Source of the DNA: Owenia fusiformis
Lineage: Eukaryota
Length of the DNA stretch: 64,000 nt
Direction of reading: 5' to 3'
Assembly: GCA_903813345.2 (NCBI GenBank)
Contig: CAIIXF020000001.1
Coordinates: 29,760,001-29,824,000, forward strand
Shown one piece after another: positions 23,801-35,100 of the stretch (position 1 is the first letter of the stretch; each line of letters starts with the position of its first letter). The translations under genes and the position numbers were made by a program. The notes under the pieces are model-generated. The model was not told the origin of the DNA. It searched no databases and saw only the letters and a program-made list of their open reading frames with translations.

Positions 23801-26800
23801 TATTTCTTTGGAAATGTCTTTATCTCCTCAGTCCCTAGGCTGTTTCTGGAAGATATGAAGTTCCTATAGAAAAAACAGTTATTGCAAAACCTCCCAAAGC
23901 GTTACCCTTGTGTATTTTAGGATAATGGCAGACATTTCTCAGCTGAGTCTCACTGTAGAGAAACCTCCCAGACAAGATGTTATGTTTATGAAGAAGGTAT
24001 GGCTCATCAAATCATAGTTTGATTTGATTTGAAATTACAGAATTAAATTCCCCTTTAAGGGCTAACATGCAAAAGTCAGTCCTTCCCAGTGGGGATTGAA
24101 CCCACAAACTCATGGTTCTGGTAGATTACTTCACCACTGGGCTATGGGGCTGATTTACTCCTTCATATCAACATTGCATTTGTAGCATTGCAGGTATTAA
24201 CAAATATGTGATAATAAACTGTCAAAATTAAAGTGTTTAGTAAGATGTGATGCAAAAAATTTGAAGCATAAGTGAACACCTCTTTAAAGTGAACATGTGA
24301 ACCTCTTGAAATGGGTGTCAACAATAACAATTGATACAAGACTAATATAAAAATGTATTTATTTCCAGAATGGCAGCCAGTTTTACTGGCACTTGTATGA
24401 GAACATGCAACAACTAAGCAATAAACTAGAGAACTTTGCTGCTCTCTATATTACACTAGCATTACTAGGCCTTGAGATGGGAGCTGATGAAATCCTTGTT
24501 GAACTATTCCGACTTTCTCTTGGAATGCAGGTATTGAGATCACGTATAAAGCTTCAAATCTTTAGTTAAAAATTCAGACTACACATTTGGTGAGAATGGA
24601 ACGTTGGAGTGTTTCAGTACCTACAAAGGATCATGTCATTTGATGAAGAAGGAAATGCTACCCAGGATGTGACTGCCTAAAAGTGTTCAATTTACCGAAT
24701 ATTTCCTTTTTCAGGAGATGGCCTGTAACAGTACAAGTCTGCCAAGCAAACACAGATGTTGTATCCATGCTGTTGTGGCAGCATATTACAACCTGATGAG
24801 CCAACTCACAGCAATACCAGCCCTATGCCAGCACATAACACAGGTAATAGAGGAATATATACAGTATATCGTAGAATACAGGGTGTCCTTAAAGTACAGA
24901 CTTTGTATTGGAATTGTAAAGCTACTTCATGGACACCCTGTATAATACAGGTACATGTACATTGATTGACCTTGACTCGTATATTGTGTATTGTGTAAAG
25001 GCACATATTCCTTTACTGTTTCTATCTACCTAAAGTCAAATAATTTCCTTTATATATCATAAGTATAATATGTTTGGTAGTAATTTGGTTGAGCCTCCAA
25101 CACACATGCTGGTATGTTTAAGAATTACTTTTTACAGATTTAGTTGGTACTGTTCAAGTTTGACCTTATAAATTTTGAAGATATTTTTTCAGTATGCAAA
25201 CCAACATGCAAAATGTTGACGTTATCCTAACATTGTTTTGCTTTTGTAGGTTATTGAAATACGGGAGAAAGAAGCACGCCACCTATTGCCTGATGAGGCC
25301 TTTACTGAGAACAAACAGTGGACGTAAGCAAGCATTTACTTTATCAGGATCTCTTGCTACATACTGTGTACTTGTTACATTGTTACTGCTATGTTTAGCA
25401 TTCTTATACTGTATTTGTCTTCAATTTGGTGCTATTTCATGGCGATTTTCTGTTTTTGGGCCTATTGGCGTCTATTTAATTTGGCAGTTTTTCAAGTGTC
25501 CCAGACATCCTCCCATTCAACCCAACTCAAGTTACTCATTGTTGCTGTTGATGAACAATTTCTTCAATATTTCTTGTTGTTTATATTTTCTTCAATATTT
25601 TTTGTTGTTTCTACAAATCTAAACAGCCCAGCCATCTTGGTATCTTTCTTATAATCGGAAGTGCAGTGAATGAAAAACATGGCATATACCTGGGGGTTTT
25701 GGCAACTCTTTAATTTGGGCGATTTTTTAATTCGCCAAATTAAAAACAAATACAATATATCATTGCTGTTATTGTTATTGGCAATGTAGAATGAAATGGG
25801 AGAGGGGCTTGCAAGCCCACCTGGAATATGCATATTGATTTTAAGAGGAGTCAAGGACCTTTCTCGTATTAATGAGTGATCTCTTCTAATGTTAACTAAT
25901 TCTCTTCCAGCTCCCCCGAAGGACCAAAACCAGAATGGTTGTTTGACCAAGACATCATTAGCGAAGCACTACATAGTAGTGGATTAGACACCACTAAACT
26001 TGGAACACCTTTCATGAACAAACTCTCAATCCAATTAGGTTCAGGTATGTGTTGTCTTTCTTTATTATTCCTCTCTCCATGTCCATCAGAGTAAGAAATT
26101 AGAGGGGATAGCGCATGAAAAATAGTGGAGGCAACCTTTTCAAAAAGCTTGTCTAACAGTCCTAATTTTATTTCCTGAAAAAAGAATTGACATGCGGAAA
26201 TGGGAAAACTATTTAGAATTGAAAATAAAAAGGGCATTTACTGAATTTGGACAAAGTTTTTCATATAAAATTATTCCATATAATTGAATTGTGGAATTAA
26301 ATGTAATCATTCCTTATTATTCATTTTTTAGAATTTTATTTATTTTTTATTTTAGTATGATTTATTCATATTATTTTGTCCTGCTTATTGAAATGTTATG
26401 TTTGAAATTTTACTCATTTTGTTAGAATTAGGCCCTCTTCAACGCAGTAGTAAGTAAAGCATGAATTGTTGCATCATTTCCTATTGAAATACATGTAGCT
26501 AGAGTTAAGGTAGACCAAGTAGTACACGATTTTAATTTGTGGATGATGTCAGTATTCAAGCCTATACACAAAAGATTCAATTTGTTCATTAGTCATTCTA
26601 ATCTGCCTATCTTAATATTATTCATTATAATACATGCTTTGTACTAATAAACAGAAACTTAGCCTAGCGATCCATTGCAATTGCTATTTTGCTCTCAGAC
26701 GACGTAAGCCATTTAAAGGCAGAATCAGATCTATGGGGGTGATAAAATTACAAGCAACATGTATAATTGACTTACCAATTTTTACCTTACAATCTCAAAT

Positions 26801-29800
26801 ACAATATCTCCCAAAAGATTCACGATATGTTATAAATTGATGAAGTTATAATAGATTAAAAGTGCAAAAATGGGTGAAAAATGTTTAAATCCTCCCAAAT
26901 AATAAGAATGGTGACCATTGGTATAGAAAAATAATACATTATTGTAAAAATCTTTAGTTTTCCTGAAATAAAGTGTGCACTTTGGGGATTTTTAAAAAAT
27001 AGACATGAAAAGGAATAACATATGCCAGAAATATTCTAAAATCGAAACAATTTTTTGTTAGGCTGCTTGCTAGATCTGATTCTCTCTTTAAAAACAGGAT
27101 TGAATAGATTACATTTTCATTGGATTTATTTGGTATTTTGAAACTAAATTGGTCTCTTCTCACACACCTTACAGTAACAAAAACGTAACAATATAGAAAT
27201 AGGATATGAGTTAGCCACGTAATACAAAGGCAGCTTTGATTCTTGCGAGATGATGTTGCATGTGTGTTCTTGCAATGTGAATGTACTGTACGCTTACACT
27301 TAATGCTTGTATTCAATGTTCATGCCACCAGTATTTTTAACTTATTTACTACGCATTCATGCTATGCTATGATCTAACTTTTAATCCTAATTTTTATGGC
27401 ACAATCAAAAGTGTTGACTTGATATATTTTTATAGTCTCTAACTTTTTGTGGACAGTGTTTGGCAGTCAGTGTTCATTGTTCAGCGTCTGTAACAAATTC
27501 TTACAAGTTCCATTAACTTAACAAGAAGAACTGTTTGATTGACTTCAAATTTTTACTGTGATGATATATGAACAATGTTACAAGTTACATATTTTTGCCA
27601 ATATCTGTTGCCATGTCAACAGATAAGTGGACTTGTAACATTTTGTAACCATTTGCAATAATTTCAGAAGTAGTGTTCACATGCACTTAGACTTGATATT
27701 TTTTTTGTCAGCTCGTATGAACATGTTATGACTTTTACATATTTCTAGGAGCTTCAATTACCATGGGCATGAAAACATTATTTGTCTTAATCTATTTTGA
27801 TAAGCATGATCTGTCAATATTGCCAGGTCTTTCATGACACATAATCAGCAGTTTTGACCAATCATAAGATTGCAAGCATGACAGTACAATAATGCATTAC
27901 TAATTTCTCATGGGTCCAACACTGTATGTGTGTTCCCTGTGAGAACCTTGGCATGGAGCTGTGTTTCTACTGTATTATAGATGGCGTAGATGGTGTGACA
28001 GGCAGTGTTAGTGACATCAACTCTATCAGCATTGACCTCGAGAGTGCCGCCTCCACCCCAGGCATGACTAGGGTAGGTTTTGTTTAACACTTTAGAGGCC
28101 AAAGAGATTTTATTAGAGCGTACTTTTTCATTTAAAAAAATATTCTGAAATGAAACTTTGAATGAAATAGTTATCATATATTTCTACATGAGAAATAAGT
28201 CTAATGAATAGGCTTGCACCAAATGAATTGTTGAAAGATAAAGGTTAGATGACATAAGAGATACCATAACTATATTAAATATATTCACTGCATGGTCATG
28301 TGTCTAGTTGTTAGGGTTATGAAACATATGTATAATTATTATTTTATTGTATGTTAATCATTGTTTTTTCAGAGGAGATTTTCAACAGAAATAACAGTTG
28401 AAACATTGAAGAAAGTCCTTGGTAAGTTTGCTTGTTAAATTAAAATCATTAATTATTTTTATTCTTTTGTTCTTCTTTGGCTCTTTTATTTTTATTTTCA
28501 TATTATCTGATTGTTCAAACTTTTTATATGATTCTTTATATTTCAAAACAAGGAGCCTATACACACCAGGTCGTCTCTTTCATGTCATTCTAAACATATT
28601 CAAAAATCTGAAATAGATAAAAAAAAAATGATATAAATACAGTACAATTTGTCAGTGATTGTTGTATATCTACCGGTATATGAAAAATAACAATTCTGTG
28701 ATTCGATGTTCACTGATTCAACCTGATCTCCACATCTCACAATATTGAAAAACCATTTGCCATAGAAATGTATGGAACACTTGCTTTCAAAGTTGTTTTC
28801 ATAGAGCAATGTCTCCCATTGTCTTCAGCTGACAGTTCACAAGACAGAGAGGAAGAAAAGGCTAAACAGGCAGAGATCTTACACATGTTTAGAGAGGGAC
28901 CATTTGAAGAGATTGTGGCGAAGTCTGAGGCCAGAGTAAGTTAGCCTTTTGTAAAGTTATACAAGATAAACTTCTCATACATACTATAAGTATCCTACAC
29001 TTATAATACCCCACATATATTTGTAGTACCCCAGACACATTTGTAGTACCCCAATGCATTCTTGCAGTGCCCCACACATCCTTATAGTACTCAAATATTG
29101 GAAAAAAGTATGCAAATGAATAGAACTCTAACCGGAAAATTTTCTTGTATTTCCCCAAAAATACTTGTAGCTCCCAATACATATTTGTAGTACCCTACAC
29201 ATACTTTCTGTACCCCATACATACATGGATATGAAATTGACCCACTCTGTCTACCTTAATAGAGATTTGATAAAAGGCACATGCCATACACGCACATTTG
29301 GTGTCAATTGGAGTGTGCTGAGATTTGAAATTGACCCACTCTGTCTACCTTAATAGGGATTTGATAAAAGGCACATGCCATACACGCACATTTGGTGTCA
29401 ATTGGAGTGTGCTGAGATTTGAAATTGACCCACTCTGTCTACCTTAATAGGGATTTGATTAAGGCACATGCCATACACGCACGTGTGATGTCAATTGGAG
29501 TGTGCTGAGATTTGAAATTGACCCACTTTGTCTACCTTAATAGGGATTTGATTAAGGCACATGCCATACACGCACATTTGGTGTCAATTGGAGTGTGCTG
29601 AGATTTGAAATTGACCCACTCTGTCTACCTTAATAGGGATTTGATTAAGGCACATGCCATACACTCACATGTGATGTCAATTGGAGTGTGCTGAGATTTG
29701 AAATTGACCCACTCTGTCTACCTTAATAGGGATTTGATTAAGGCACATGCCATACACGCACATGTGATGTCAATTGGAGTCTGCCGAGATTTGAAATTGA

Positions 29801-30642
29801 CCCACTCTGTCTACCTTAATAGGGATTTTATTAAGTCACATGACTACACACACATGTGGTGTCAATTGGAGTGTGCTGAGATTTGCTCATCAATCAATTT
29901 ATTGACCAAATCTTCAATAATTAGTAGACAGATATGTTGGCAAATCCTTGAATGGCTCTTACGGTTCAATGGGGAAGAATTTATTGTTTGTTTGTCTTGT
30001 CAATAGTGTCTTTTGATTACAGTTATTCAGAAGAACAGCAATAAAGTCTTTCTATTTATTTTGATTTCTTGCTCTGTTGGGGAAGCCTTGGGAAATTGAA
30101 CACTAAATCAACAATATTATTTTGCTCAGTTTGTTAGTTAACTACTATATTTTGAAAAACAACAGCCTTCTTGTTTGCATTGTAATTTGCTTTTAACAGC
30201 TTTTCAATTAATGTTTCACAAGTTAAACGTCTAATTGAATTTATATATTCATCATATCCACATGATATATGTAGATGTATGATTTGAGTAATATATTAAA
30301 AGTAAAGTCATAACTTCTGTGGAGACATAACAAAAAAAGCGTAACAAGAAATGACATTTGGAAAATATTGTAAAATCGTAACAATTTTTAAGAATGGTTC
30401 CCAAATCAATCTTATCCCTTGGTTCTTTAAACTTAAATCATTAATTTTCAAGATTGTTGCTTAACAAGAAAAATATTTGATTTTAGGCCACCAGGTTTCA
30501 CAGCAAGGTTGATGAAATACTGAAGATGTTAGATGAACAAGCGGAATCAGTGGAGAACCAAGACATCGATAGAGACATTACAAATATAGATGAACCTATT
30601 CCAATATATGAAATCAAATATCCAGATTTATTCGTTTACTAG
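11879..30642 (+). CDS. EFR3: Protein EFR3 homolog (PI4KIIIalpha complex membrane anchor), ~800-807 aa
   Basis: Exons 11879-11885, 14768-14972, 16258-16408, 18420-18541, 18778-18915, 19359-19493, 21773-21851, 22122-22257, 22480-22608, 22798-22891, 23113-23164, 23396-23568, 23921-23996, 24369-24530, 24715-24843, 25250-25323, 25911-26044, (26426-26449), 27981-28072, 28373-28421, 28829-28935, 30487-30642; phases are consistent throughout. Motifs: MAGCCGCCGPLRPRYKRLVDSIFP (palmitoylation Cys cluster), KLDRIGEYL, FVKFANIEEDTPSYHRRYDFFVSKFS, FANNLPDYQKIEIMMF, C-terminal YEIKYPDLFVY. Confidence 0.96.
12911..13387. mobile_element. MITE-like element with long inverted termini
   Basis: acgtcaagtaagtttctggcgaaagctggagcatagatta ... 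taatctatgctccagctttcgccagaaacttacttgacgt; TSD not evident. Confidence 0.7.
14192..14400. mobile_element. Small MITE with TA flanks
   Basis: tactgtataagtggta ... taccacttatacagta. Confidence 0.7.
15599..16336 (+). repeat. Tandem array (9 copies, 80/84 bp) of the EFR3 exon-3 acceptor plus 5' half of the exon
   Basis: Unit tttcag|gtttgtgtttattgcaatggaagccttggaccagttgttactagcttg.cacgcccattccattaatctg(tttg)ttga. Exonic starts at 15606, 15690, 15770, 15854, 15934, 16014, 16094, 16174, 16258. Confidence 0.97.
16549..17738 (+). mobile_element. Helentron-associated (HINE/DINE-1-like) element with internal ~122-bp tandem repeats
   Basis: Subterminal inverted repeat cccatcgaac/gttcgatggg, (GTCC/GTCT)n microsatellite, repeated gccattttgaaaaatggc units, 3' hairpin, TT flanks. 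Confidence 0.72.
19700..21026 (-). CDS. Nested antisense gene: secreted Cys-rich protein, Ly6/three-finger-like domain plus chitin-binding type-2-like domain, 212 aa
   Basis: Exons 20966-21026 (signal peptide MLTVAIFVAGLTAVLA), 20554-20733, 20102-20281, 19700-19917; all phase-1 GT-AG, 639 nt. RCFDC...C...C...CF...VYRGC...C...FCKGDLCN followed by C...FIQC...CPKGTAFNDYAKVCD. TATAAAAG upstream and AATAAA near 19665. Domain names are by motif only. Confidence 0.88.
21083..21090 (-). promoter_or_regulatory. TATA box of the nested gene
   Basis: Minus-strand TATAAAAG about 57 nt upstream of the ATG at 21026. Confidence 0.6.
24879..24940. mobile_element. 62-bp Tc1/mariner-type mini-MITE
   Basis: ta|cagggtgtcc ... 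ggacaccctg|ta. Confidence 0.7.
26426..26449 (+). CDS. Candidate 24-nt EFR3 microexon (ELGPLQRS)
   Basis: cattttgttag|AATTAGGCCCTCTTCAACGCAGTA|gtaagt; phase 1-1 and frame-preserving within a phase-1 intron. Confidence 0.6.
26717..27087. mobile_element. Kolobok-like TTAA element, copy 2 of the family at 50-437
   Basis: Same TIR aggcagaatcagatcta and shared interior atatctcccaaaagattc.cgatatgttat..attgatgaagtta. Confidence 0.8.
29232..29884. repeat. 92-bp minisatellite, 7 copies, in the last EFR3 intron
   Basis: Unit tgaaattgacccactctgtctaccttaatagggatttgattaaggcacatgccatacacgcacatttggtgtcaattggagtgtgctgagatt. Confidence 0.95.
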
Positions 30643-32098
30643 AACATAATTTAGATAATTATCCTAGGAGATTTTGGAGATTTTTAATTAAATTAATAAT
30701 TATGTAAAATGAACTATTTATTTATATAAGATAGTACAGTAATGTTGCTGTATATGTTTGTTAGTGTATAAGTAACAAATAGAATATAGACTATTACACA
30801 AGATGTATGTGTTTATGCAATAAAGCTATGTAGTTTTGTGTCAATTTTGTGTTTAACATGACCTGAAAGGGATTGAATTTGTGTAAAGTCCAAGAACCAA
30901 TAATACATTGACCTAAGTGGAATATCATATTACCCTAGGTATGAAATAGAGGTTATTTACTTGGAGGGATTCAATATGCATTTTACTATGAGGGAAAAAA
31001 TGAAATATCATATTGTCACGAGAAATAAACCCATATTTAAGTAGTAGTATCATGGGATAATTTAAGATATACCATTTACATCCATTCAAAATGAACACAC
31101 TTTCAAGAGGGAAGTTTCATTGTAAAACAACACAAGAATCTTATCCTGCAGTTCGGGTACATAATTCCATTTACACTCATTCACTTGAGGTGTAAGCATG
31201 TTTGTATGTGGATGCACCACATTTTCAATGTGTGTGCCACTGTTTTAAAAGTGATTCCAATAAATAAATAAAAAAAAATATGTTCAATTGATCTAATTTA
31301 TGAAACAAAATATATAAGTATTTGTTTATACAAAATCTTGAAACCTTGCAATATGTTTAACAGTTGCAAATATTTATTTTAATTGTTTACCATTTTATTC
31401 TGTCATTCCATCAAAATGTAATTTAATTTTGTTAAAAGTAATTATTGATTGCTAATCCCATCTCATCATGGTTTTTACAAAGAATATAGCGAGGACATCA
31501 ATTCGTCTGTCTGTCTTCAATGTTCTCAAATATTTCCATTTCGCTCAAATTTTGGAAATTATGTTCCTTTTCAATGACTTAGTTAAGTGTACTTTAGAAT
31601 CATAAAAAGCTACTGCTTTTGAGATAAATTGTAAATGTGTTGAAATTGTAATTGTGAGGAAAAAGTAGTTCATATTTTGCCAACTATTGATACACTCCTT
31701 TCCAAAAGTTTTGCAACATTAAGTCCCTCTTGGATATTATCAATACAGATTTTAGTGTGTTTGTCAATTTTAACAATTATCAAATTTGAGGACAAAATTC
31801 AAATTCAATAACATGCTTCTATCTAATAAGGACTTCCTTTGGCAAACATATGGATGTACCATCTTTAATACTAGGAAAATGCCCTTAAAATGTCTATCAT
31901 TCTCATTGAAATATAAAGCAATGCATGCAAGACTAAAATAATGACAATTTTACTCCATAAAGTCCTCCATGGATGTTTCTTAAGATAAGCACTTCAGAAT
32001 CAGTAGATGGCCTCAAGTGCAAGTGTTTCATAATGTAATTAACAAGTGGCTGGCTATCGCTGCACCCACAGTGTTGCTGTCAAGCTGGATAACTCAGC

Positions 32099-32106
32099 TA
32101 TAAAAG
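32099..32106 (+). promoter_or_regulatory. TATA box of the VWA/lectin gene
   Basis: TATAAAAG about 70 nt upstream of the ATG at 32172. Confidence 0.6.
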
Positions 32107-32171
32107 GTTGTAATATTTCACACCCAAGGGACAACTGATTCAACTTCATGCTGTACACATTAAATTATATC

Positions 32172-35100
32172 ATGAGCAGATGCTTTCGATTGAAGGTAAG
32201 CTGAAGATTTTTTAAATTTTCAAACAGTATTTTAATTTGGAATAATTAATCTGAGATAAATGCTCAATATTGGCACTTCTCTGAGTATTTCAGATAAATA
32301 TGGATATGCATTGTATAATTTATAAAACAAATGAAGACAAAAATCTAAAAATGTTTAGTTTTCCTTTTATTTTAGGATTTTAAGAGATAAAAAGACATGT
32401 ATTGGCCAAAAATATTTAAAAATTGAAACATTTTTGGAAAGATTGCAATTAGATGTAATTCTGCCTTAAAAGTTGTTTCTCTATGATGTTTCTTTAAATA
32501 TTGTTCATATTTCGATTCTAGATGGTGAACATGATGAAATCTCTCTATTTTTACTGGCTAGTATGTGTTAATATGATGAAAACTGATGCATCATCTATAC
32601 TGAAACCTGATGGCAAGTTTATTCTGTATTTACATTTGACCTACTGAGTTTTGATGCTTGATTCATTCTGTTAGATGCCCATTGTTTGTAGTTTCATTTA
32701 TTTTGAAGCTTGCATAATGGAGATATCACAACTGTCAGGTGTTGTATTTCTTGTATTGCCAGTGGCGTTCTTATTTCAATAGTTTTTAATTTGCCATGTT
32801 TTGTACCAACATACATTAATTTAAATCAAAAATGTTGAGTGTTTTTTTCACATTAAGAATGTGGTTTGGACATAATGGTAGTCCTAGATGGTAGTTCCAG
32901 TATCTCTAAGGAGAACAAGGCTATAACACGTAGTGCTTTACTCCCCATGGTTGACCACTTACAAGAGCTGACTGGTATTGGTACGGGAGCTAAGTCATCC
33001 CTCATAAGCTTTATACTGTATGGCGAAGAAATACTATTACAAGTTGATATGTCCAAACACCAAACATACAACGATGTGGTCACACAGCTGAAAAGGACAC
33101 TTCTAGTGGAGGATGAATGGCCATATTGGAGACATACAAGAACAGATCTTGCATTGACAAAAGCCCTACAACATCTGATGACTGCAGGCAGACCAGACAC
33201 CCGCAAGATGATTATTCTTGAAACTGATGGAGCAACATTTCCTTTAGGAAAACATAGGAGGACTATAATGATTGCTCAATATAACAGTAAGTATAAATTG
33301 ATTAGGATTTTACTCCACAATGTAATTTACCATGGTTACTAAACTGTAGTTCCTGCTTTGATTGTATTTAAACAATTTACCGAAATAAGATGAGACATAT
33401 CTTGATGACAATATATATATATTGACTATATCATGTCTGAAAAATCTGATTTCCCCAAAACAAGGCAAAATTAAGAGATGGAAACCAGTGGCTTAAATTA
33501 CCAGCATGGACTTCGGCTACCGGAATTAACCCACTATTTTATGGGCAACTCATTTAAATATGAATAATACCTGCCAATATTCCATTCATAATGATATGAA
33601 TTGGTCATAAAATAGTAGGTTAATCTGTTAGCATAAAAAATATAGATAAATATAAAAAATATGAATAATAAAAAAAAAATCTGGTAGCATACATCCGAAA
33701 GTTGCATTCGCGTATCAAGCTTAGGGTAGCATTTCCATTGATGCTAATTAAGCAAGGAATAATATCTGATGCTGTGTACTAGCAATAGAATCCCCTTCTA
33801 ACAATGTCACAATCCTTTTTCCCTTAATTTTGCAATGCACCCAATGATCAGAAGCTCAAACATTTTTTCAATTTTTACCATAAATTATCTTTAGATGGCA
33901 CTATTTGATTGTCAATTAATCCTTTTAATTTCAGGGGAATATGTACAATACCAAATACCCATACTTGTGATTGTCTTCCCAAATAACTTTGGAAGTCGGT
34001 CCAGTCAAACTCAAGTGAACATGAAGAAAGAAATTAATGCTATTACGTGGGGGATTGAAAAGCGAATTTACAACACAACTGACTTTAATGATGCTGCAAG
34101 GACAATGGTATATATCTTAGATGATATATTTGACAGCAGCAGCACACGTGGATTGGATATCTCTAATAAATGCAACGATGGGCAAGGTAAATATTGATGT
34201 ACACTTTAGCTTCTCTTGAAACTCCACATGTTTTCCTTACAATCCTTTTTATGTCACCACCATCAGAAGTGGTGACATATTGTTATAGTCTCCAACTTTT
34301 TTGTGGACAGCATTCGGAGTTTGGCAGTTGGTGTTTGGAATTAGGCATTCAGTATGTGTAACAAATGGCAGGTGGTGACATTTTGCATGTTAATACTTTG
34401 TATTATTTTATGAAAACTGAAGATTCAAAATGCATTTATCTTCTTCCTTTAAGTGCAAGAGGTTTCAGTAAAGAATTAACAATGTAGAACACAATTGCAA
34501 GCAGCATATTTACAGCATATACATAATAGAGGAATATCCTATGGTTTTAAGGAACATTACGTTTACCCTTGAGTGGGGGGGATATCTATCATTTCCACAA
34601 GCAGTTGATTCGACAAAAGCAAGAGCCAAAGAAAATCATTGTATAATGATAATCACAATTGTATTTTTATTATTCATATTTGTAGTTGAAGCCACACAAG
34701 TTTCAACAACTGCAGCCCCTCCACAGACTCAATGCTGCCCGTGCCCTGGTAAGTATTACTATGTATTGGATATTCAAAATCATGCATTATTGAATTAGTC
34801 TAGGATATTTACAGCTATATCATGTATATTCTGGATTGATTTCACATTCACATTCTATGAAGATACAAAAGACACAAAATGCTGCCCTTTTTTATAAAAA
34901 TGCAATTTTGAAAGGCTTTGTGTAGAAAACCTTGTACATTATGCCCCCATACTACAACATCAAAACTGTTGTTATATGACTTAATTTTAAAAAAACTTCT
35001 AAATCTCAATTTACACTCAATTATTGTAGGTCAAATTAAATTCGGGCTATTCAATGTTTTTAAACACAACCACTACCTATTTATCATTCCATTGCATACT

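Noticed and set aside
24084-24146. tRNA-like sequence on the minus strand (B-box-like ggttcaatccc)
   Set aside because: I cannot build a complete cloverleaf; at most a decayed SINE head.
25194-25654. 142-aa and 87-aa hydrophobic ORFs
   Set aside because: T-rich intron sequence; the true EFR3 exon 25250-25323 is in a different frame.
29232-29884. Regularly spaced repeats resembling a CRISPR array (also the arrays at 8.2 kb, 15.6 kb and 51 kb)
   Set aside because: No unique spacers and no cas genes; the context is spliceosomal-intron eukaryotic DNA.
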